NCBI RefSeq assembly: GCF_000260965.1
Contig: NC_017856.1
Location: 240,001 to 272,000 of the forward strand
Source: Methylophaga frappieri
GTDB taxonomy: Bacteria > Pseudomonadota > Gammaproteobacteria > Nitrosococcales > Methylophagaceae
DNA: 32,000 nt
Direction: 5' to 3'
Part shown: positions 27,148-32,000 of the stretch, one piece after another
How the letters are laid out: the number at the start of each line of letters is the position of its first letter
How positions within the stretch are numbered: position 1 is the stretch's first letter
The notes under the pieces: generated by a model
What the model was told of the DNA's origin: nothing
Database searches by the model: none
Seen by the model: the letters and a program-made list of their open reading frames with translations, nothing else
Position numbers and translations under genes: made by a program

Positions 27148-27168
27148 TATCTTTACCACGCTGATCAA

Positions 27169-27488
27169 TTTTCGGTGACTTGGAGTGTAGAAGAGTAAGG
27201 AAGTTTTTCCCTATAGGAAATATTCCTGAATTTGGTATTTTTTCACATTTTTACAAAGCCATTACTTTTATTTATTATTTATCAGACACTTAAAATAGTT
27301 TTAACCAATCGTATAATTTTTATTTAGGCCGACATTATGTCTAAACGGGAAGTATTTCCTGCAAATAAACGTGAATTCCCGGAATTAATTAAGGATTAAA
27401 TCGATCAAAACATCGAGACAATAGCCAAAAAATTCCTGTAATTCTCCCTACAGAACTACAGGTGAATTTTCTTCACGCTTTTCTTTGA
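27169..27488 (-). promoter_or_regulatory. AT-rich 320-bp control region with clustered GGAA/TTCC palindromes upstream of the filament locus
   Basis: GGAAGTTTTTCC at 27199-27210, TTCCCTATAGGAA at 27207-27219, GGAAATATTCC at 27216-27226, and GGAAGTATTTCC at 27348-27359. A perfect 13-bp palindrome AATTCCCGGAATT lies at 27374-27386. No long ORF is present on either strand. Confidence 0.4.
27423..27462 (-). terminator. weak candidate terminator after the PglL-like gene
   Basis: The minus strand reads CCTGTA-N16-TACAGG followed by AATTTTTT. The stem is short (6 bp plus 3 interrupted bp), so it is tentative. Confidence 0.3.
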
Positions 27489-29282
27489 CTATTGATCAGA
27501 TTTATTCGGGGTATCAGGCTGATAGGGATCCTGCACGATAATTAACACGGGCAATAATCGATCTTCGCCACGCGCCACGCGCTGCAACACAAATCGATGG
27601 AATTTTTCCCGATACTCAGGATATTGCTTTATCGCTTTACGCATCATCTGCTGCGCTTCAACCGGCTGATCATTAACCGCCAGAAGATAGGCATGCATAT
27701 AGGTTTCGAGTCGTCCTGGCCAGTTTTCGACAACCAGCTGGCTCAAGCTCAGCTTATCAGCATAAAAAGGCTGACTATTCGGCAAGACTCGGACGAAAAA
27801 ATTATCGGCGTAATGAGTAAAGAGGGTTTGTCTACGCAAGTCGTTAAACTGCACCAGGTTTGATTCAACCTGCTCAGGTGATAAGCCTTCTTGTCTCAAT
27901 TTGGTAATCGATTGTTCAAGCTGCTTATAGTCATGAACAATGCTGCCCAGTGTCCAACATCCGAACACGAATACCATGATAAAACACACTGGCGCCAGCC
28001 GGAATCTGGTTGATAAGGCATTCTCGGAGGATAAGCCAATCAGCAAGCTCGCAAAGGCAAGAAAGTGGCTATACCACAACGGAAACTCTAATAAGCTATG
28101 CGCGCCAATAATGCCAAGTAAGGCTAATAGCCACCATTTTTCAACGGTTAATTTGCTGGTAAATTGGCCAGCGAACCAATACACCACCCCCGCCAGAAAT
28201 ATCAGGCCACCGATGAGGCCGGTTTCTGCAAAAAGCTGGGCAATAATATTATGCACATGCCCCCACATGCCTTTCAGGCTCGGGTATTGTTCGGTCAAAT
28301 TATAGTTAAACCACGGGAATTCTGCCCAGCCAATCCCCAGCCATGGGCTGGATTGAAACGCCCGCCAGCCTTGCTCTAACAAAATAAGCCGTGTTGATTC
28401 CCCGCCTAGCGTATTCATCATGCGTTTGGCAGGCACAGTGGCGGGATCTAAAAAGGTTAAATATGGCACTAAAACCTGCGCCACAATAAAAGCGGGAATA
28501 AGCCATAAAAGCTGAGCAGGTCGTATAGGCAAAGGGTGTGATTTAGCAATCGGTTTTAGGAGAAGCCAGCCCCCCACTGAAATCAATAGGACATACAAGA
28601 TCGCCATCCGCTGACCTGCCTGAGCAAGGCCAATTAAAAATAAAGCGATTAAAATAAGCAGCAAAGTTTGCTTAAGACGATGGGTAAAATACAGATACAA
28701 CACGGAGGCCATCGCTAAGGCGATATAGTTTGAAAAATGATTGACTTGGCCGATATTGCCAGCGCGTCCATCCAATATCCAAGGCGCCAGCATGTGTGTC
28801 TGCGGAATAAATTTACTGATAATGAGCAAAACCATTATTAATGTTGCGCCGACAGTAAAAGCCCAAGCCAAGGTGGGCACCACTTTTTGTACGGTCAATA
28901 CATGCCGAAGATTGGCGCCCAGTACGATCATCAGGGCAGCAAACCCCATATAGAGCATGGCAATAAATTGATTTTGCCAATAGTCGGGTTTCAATACGAC
29001 AATTTGCAGACCTAACACCACGATGAGTAATAAAGGTACAAAGGTCATGACCGGTATTTGAAATGTTGGGCGGTTTCGACCCACCAGAAATAATGTTGCA
29101 AACACACCAAACACAGCGGTAAGCCATTCTTTATAGAAGCTGGCGATGGGCGGTACGTGATACGTCACTAAAAAAGGGACGGCGATCATGAGTGAAAGAC
29201 AGATCAAACTGGCAATACTGAGCAGCGTATGTTGATTAGCTGACTGTTCGGTCGCTGAGGCGTGCATGCTCTCTCCTGGCAT
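27489..29282 (-). CDS. O-antigen ligase / PglL-family polytopic membrane protein with C-terminal soluble helical domain (candidate pilin O-oligosaccharyltransferase)
   Basis: 597 aa with at least 10 hydrophobic helices. A Wzy_C-like loop region (GQRMAILYVLLISVGG ... WLGIGWAEFPWFNY ... HNIIAQLFAETGLIGG) is present. The C-terminal ~150 aa are soluble and TPR-like (YLLAVNDQPVEAQQMMRKAIKQYPEYREKF), as in PglL-type ligases. Confidence 0.65.
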   Translation of the reverse strand: MPGESMHASATEQSANQHTLLSIASLICLSLMIAVPFLVTYHVPPIASFYKEWLTAVFGVFATLFLVGRNRPTFQIPVMTFVPLLLIVVLGLQIVVLKPDYWQNQFIAMLYMGFAALMIVLGANLRHVLTVQKVVPTLAWAFTVGATLIMVLLIISKFIPQTHMLAPWILDGRAGNIGQVNHFSNYIALAMASVLYLYFTHRLKQTLLLILIALFLIGLAQAGQRMAILYVLLISVGGWLLLKPIAKSHPLPIRPAQLLWLIPAFIVAQVLVPYLTFLDPATVPAKRMMNTLGGESTRLILLEQGWRAFQSSPWLGIGWAEFPWFNYNLTEQYPSLKGMWGHVHNIIAQLFAETGLIGGLIFLAGVVYWFAGQFTSKLTVEKWWLLALLGIIGAHSLLEFPLWYSHFLAFASLLIGLSSENALSTRFRLAPVCFIMVFVFGCWTLGSIVHDYKQLEQSITKLRQEGLSPEQVESNLVQFNDLRRQTLFTHYADNFFVRVLPNSQPFYADKLSLSQLVVENWPGRLETYMHAYLLAVNDQPVEAQQMMRKAIKQYPEYREKFHRFVLQRVARGEDRLLPVLIIVQDPYQPDTPNKSDQ

Positions 29283-29574
29283 AATTATTATTTAAGCCTA
29301 TGCATCATAGTGAGCATACACCAGTAAAACAGTAGGAAAAAATCCTAAAATAGCATTGCCGGCTTATTTTAAATGACCATTACTACTGAAATTTAGACTT
29401 ATTAAACAATAAGATAGCGTTCTTTAGCGCCATTTTTGAATACACACCAGCCGAAACAGGAATTATTCCTATATCGGCATTAAACCAAACTGACTATTAT
29501 CTTACTTAACTTTAAAACCTGTCTGTTTTCACTGATTTAAAGTTATCCTTGTGGCCGTGACGGCTCATATGTTG

Positions 29575-29607
29575 CTGCGAATGTTTACTCATTCGCAGTT
29601 TTTTTTT
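29575..29607 (+). terminator. orphan plus-strand Rho-independent terminator with no plus-strand gene upstream
   Basis: CTGCGAATG-TTTACT-CATTCGCAG (perfect 9-bp stem) followed by nine T residues (29599-29607). On the minus strand this hairpin is preceded by A residues and not followed by T residues, so it is directional. Confidence 0.6.
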
Positions 29608-29609
29608 GC

Positions 29610-29633
29610 AAAAAAAACCCGCACTAGGCGGGC
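29610..29633 (-). terminator. Rho-independent terminator of the suf operon
   Basis: The minus strand reads GCCCGC-CTAGT-GCGGGT followed by eight T residues. It lies 27 nt after the sufT stop. Confidence 0.7.
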
Positions 29634-29659
29634 TTAATCATCAGCCATGTGATCGTCAA

Positions 29660-29995
29660 TCAGAACATACCCAATTGCAACCGCGCTGATTCGCTCATTA
29701 ACTCTTTGCTCCATGGCGGATCCCATACCAGTTCGACATGGACTTTATTAACGCCATCCACCGTTTCGACTTTGCTCTCAATGTCGCCCGGAAACGATTG
29801 TGCCACTGGGCAGCCCGGCGCCGTGAGGGTCATTCGGATAACCACGTTGCCTGAGTCGCTGACGTCAATGTTATAGATTAATCCAAGCTCGTAAATATTA
29901 ACCGGTATTTCAGGGTCATAGATGGTTTTCAGCATCTCGATGACATTCTCCCGAACTTCATCGGTGGTAAAGGGTTTGACAGCATTATCATTCAT
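29660..29995 (-). CDS. sufT: SufT / DUF59 (MIP18-family) Fe-S assembly protein
   Basis: 111 aa with the conserved IYDPEIPVNIYELGLIY...MTLTAPGCP motif. It is the last gene of the suf cluster. Confidence 0.8.
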   Translation of the reverse strand: MNDNAVKPFTTDEVRENVIEMLKTIYDPEIPVNIYELGLIYNIDVSDSGNVVIRMTLTAPGCPVAQSFPGDIESKVETVDGVNKVHVELVWDPPWSKELMSESARLQLGMF

Positions 29996-30006
29996 AGGCT
30001 TATTGT

Positions 30007-30453
30007 TTATTCAGTGGTAATTGAAATATCGTGGTCACTATCCATCGCCGCATGTGCGGTATGCCATGACAACGTCGCACATTTAACACGGGCTGGAAAA
30101 TCTTTGACACCGCTCAGCACTTCAAGTTTACCAAGCAGATCCCGATCAGATGACTCCCCTGTCATGACTTTATGTACTTGCTGATAAATGGCATCGGCTT
30201 CGGTCACCGTTTTGCCCTTGAGCGCTTCGGTCATGAGTGACGCCGAGGCTTTTGAAATCGCGCAGCCACTGCCGGTGAAACTGACATCGATTATTTTTTC
30301 GTCTTCCAGTTTTAAATAAACAACCAGTTTGTCACCACAAAGCGGATTATTACCATGGGCCAAATGATTCGCGTCATCAATTTCTCGAAAATTTCGCGGG
30401 TTTTTATTGTGGTCCATGATGACTTGTTGATAGAGATCACGTAAATCACTCAT
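30007..30453 (-). CDS. sufU: SufU-type (zinc-dependent NifU-N-like) sulfur-transfer/scaffold protein
   Basis: 148 aa with NPLCGD, GSGCAISKASAS and RVKCATL cysteine motifs. The third Cys lacks the preceding His of IscU. Its ATG shares one base with the sufS TGA (30453). Confidence 0.8.
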   Translation of the reverse strand: MSDLRDLYQQVIMDHNKNPRNFREIDDANHLAHGNNPLCGDKLVVYLKLEDEKIIDVSFTGSGCAISKASASLMTEALKGKTVTEADAIYQQVHKVMTGESSDRDLLGKLEVLSGVKDFPARVKCATLSWHTAHAAMDSDHDISITTE

Positions 30454-31676
30454 CAGGAAAATAACTCCTGTGTCTTTAAAATCGCACGAATCAATGCTTC
30501 TACTTCCGCCTCATTATTATAAAAGGCAAAGGAAGCACGTGCTGTGGCTGGGATATCATAAAACGCCATGACCGGCTGGGCACAATGATGCCCGGTACGA
30601 ATGGCAACGCCATCCTGATCAAAGATAGTCCCGACATCATGCGGATGGACACCCTCAATCATAAATGAGAGCACAGCAGCTTTATTTGCTGATGTGCCAA
30701 TAATCTCGACGCCTGGCAATGCCCTTATTTTGTCTGTCGCAAGTTGCAATAAGTGATGCTCTTGGGCAGCAATGTTATCAAGACCGATTGACCACATATA
30801 CTCAATGGCTGCACCGAGACCGATCGCCCCGGCAATATGCGGCGTGCCAGCTTCAAATTTATAGGGCAATTCATTGTAAATTGTTTGCTCAAAGCTGACC
30901 GACAAGATCATATCGCCACCGCCTTGATAAGGTGGCATGGCCGCTAATAACGTCTCGCGACCATAGAGTGCGCCAATCCCGGTTGGCGCAAACATTTTAT
31001 GACCAGATAAGACATAAAAATCACAGTCAATATCAGTCACATCAACGGCCATGTGTGGCACAGCCTGAGCACCATCAATTAAAACTGGAATAGCTTTGGC
31101 GCGGGCTTTGGCGGTGATTGCTTTCACTGGGTTTATCGTTCCCAGCGCATTGGACACATGACCAATTGCCAACATTTTAGTGCGACTGGTCAGCAGATTA
31201 TCCAGATCGGATAAATCCAGCTCGCCAGACTGCGTCATGGGAATCACATTCAGCTTTGCACCGGTTTGTTCACACAGCATCTGCCAAGGAACAATATTCG
31301 CGTGATGCTCTAAATAGCTAATCAGGATTTCATCACCAGCTTGTAATTTTGGCCGCAAAAAGCTTTGCGCAACCAGGTTAACCGCTTCGGTGGCCCCGCG
31401 CGTAAAGATGATTTCCTTATCACTCGCTGCATTGAGAAATTGTCGAACTTTGTCACGGGCGCCTTCATAGGCATCGGTGGCACGTTGACTCAGTTGATGT
31501 ACACCACGATGAATATTAGCGTTATCCTGCTGATAAAAATCGCTGACCGCGTCGATAACCTGCTTCGGTTTTTGGCTGGTCGCGGCATTATCCAGATAGA
31601 CCAACGGCTGACCATTGATCTGTTGATGCAGGATCGGGAAATCGTCGCGAATCGCGTTGATATTCAATACAGACAT
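30453..31676 (-). CDS. sufS: cysteine desulfurase, SufS class (group II)
   Basis: 407 aa with the PLP-lysine motif SGHKMFAPTGIG and the catalytic loop RTGHHCAQP. Confidence 0.95.
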   Translation of the reverse strand: MSVLNINAIRDDFPILHQQINGQPLVYLDNAATSQKPKQVIDAVSDFYQQDNANIHRGVHQLSQRATDAYEGARDKVRQFLNAASDKEIIFTRGATEAVNLVAQSFLRPKLQAGDEILISYLEHHANIVPWQMLCEQTGAKLNVIPMTQSGELDLSDLDNLLTSRTKMLAIGHVSNALGTINPVKAITAKARAKAIPVLIDGAQAVPHMAVDVTDIDCDFYVLSGHKMFAPTGIGALYGRETLLAAMPPYQGGGDMILSVSFEQTIYNELPYKFEAGTPHIAGAIGLGAAIEYMWSIGLDNIAAQEHHLLQLATDKIRALPGVEIIGTSANKAAVLSFMIEGVHPHDVGTIFDQDGVAIRTGHHCAQPVMAFYDIPATARASFAFYNNEAEVEALIRAILKTQELFS

Positions 31677-31681
31677 AAGCG

Positions 31682-32000
31682 TTAGTTTCTTGGTAAACGT
31701 TGTTCGACGACGCGAATAATCGCATCACGAATATCGGTGTTATCAATTTGCTCAATCACGTCAGCAGCAAATGCGAAAGTCAGCAAACTTCGGGCACTGG
31801 TTTCACTTAACCCACGAGCGCGTAAGAAAAACAATTGGTCTTCATTTATTTGACCAATCGCACTGCCATGACCACATTTGACATCATCGGCGTAAATTTC
31901 CATTTCGGGCTTACTGTCAATTTCAGCACCACGAGATAACAGCAGGTTTTTATTAGCCTGATTAGCGTCTGTTTTTTGCGCATCTCGATGCACATGCACT
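31682..32000 (-). CDS. sufD: Fe-S cluster assembly protein SufD, C-terminal part (5' end beyond the window)
   Basis: The frame is open to the window edge. The C-terminal sequence EIYADDVKCGHGSAIGQINEDQLFFLRARGLSETSARSLLTFAFAADVI matches the conserved SufD tail (VKCSHGATxGxLDxxxLFYLxSRGI). Confidence 0.8.
   Translation of the reverse strand, partial: VHVHRDAQKTDANQANKNLLLSRGAEIDSKPEMEIYADDVKCGHGSAIGQINEDQLFFLRARGLSETSARSLLTFAFAADVIEQIDNTDIRDAIIRVVEQRLPRN

Noticed and set aside
27337-27399. 20-codon plus-strand mini-ORF (MSKREVFPANKREFPELIKD) in the AT-rich control region
   Set aside because: It has no convincing RBS and is oriented against all neighbouring genes. It coincides with the palindromic motifs, which better explain sequence conservation there.
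29383-29406. 7-codon Thr-rich mini-ORF (MTITTEI) that could be read as an attenuation leader peptide
   Set aside because: It is too short, has no RBS, and has no amino-acid biosynthesis gene downstream on that strand. It is mentioned only as part of the candidate sRNA region.
11700-29650. The whole filament block as a genomic island or mobile element
   Set aside because: No integrase, transposase, tRNA gene or flanking direct repeats are visible. I cannot compute a reliable composition shift by eye, so horizontal origin remains untested.

Overview
The window looks like Gram-negative chromosomal DNA of moderate to low GC. A marine, halotolerant gammaproteobacterium is plausible but cannot be verified from the sequence. 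Almost all genes are on the minus strand. The flanks are housekeeping genes. On the left are a sucrose compatible-solute operon (sps-spp-fructokinase), a signal-peptide methyltransferase, a Bacillus/Bacteroides-type sdhCAB operon with a coupled helical ORF, metG, a PepSY protein and an hsp20 gene with a good sigma-32 promoter. On the right is the tail of a suf operon (sufD-sufS-sufU-sufT). The centre (about 11.7-29.3 kb) is a roughly 17.5 kb accessory-looking block. It encodes a compact type IV filament (T2SS/MSHA/T4P-like) machine with unusual composition and gene order. Reading 5' to 3' on the minus strand, it contains: a PglL/O-antigen-ligase-like membrane protein; an AT-rich palindrome-rich control region; a YezD-like mini-protein; a very large acidic prepilin with a 39-aa basic leader and its own terminator; then a tightly translationally coupled run of two more prepilins, a 64-aa ORF, a PilM+PilN/GspL-like fusion, a PilO/GspM-like protein, a GspE/PilB ATPase, a GspF/PilC platform, a PilP/GspC-like protein, a secretin with an FG/GS repeat linker and a 183-aa C-terminal extension, and an omptin-like beta-barrel; and finally a NarX/NarL-type two-component pair. 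No prepilin peptidase, retraction ATPase, tRNA, rRNA, CRISPR array, transposase or integrase was seen. All functional calls rest on motifs read by eye in the supplied translations, and no database search was run.
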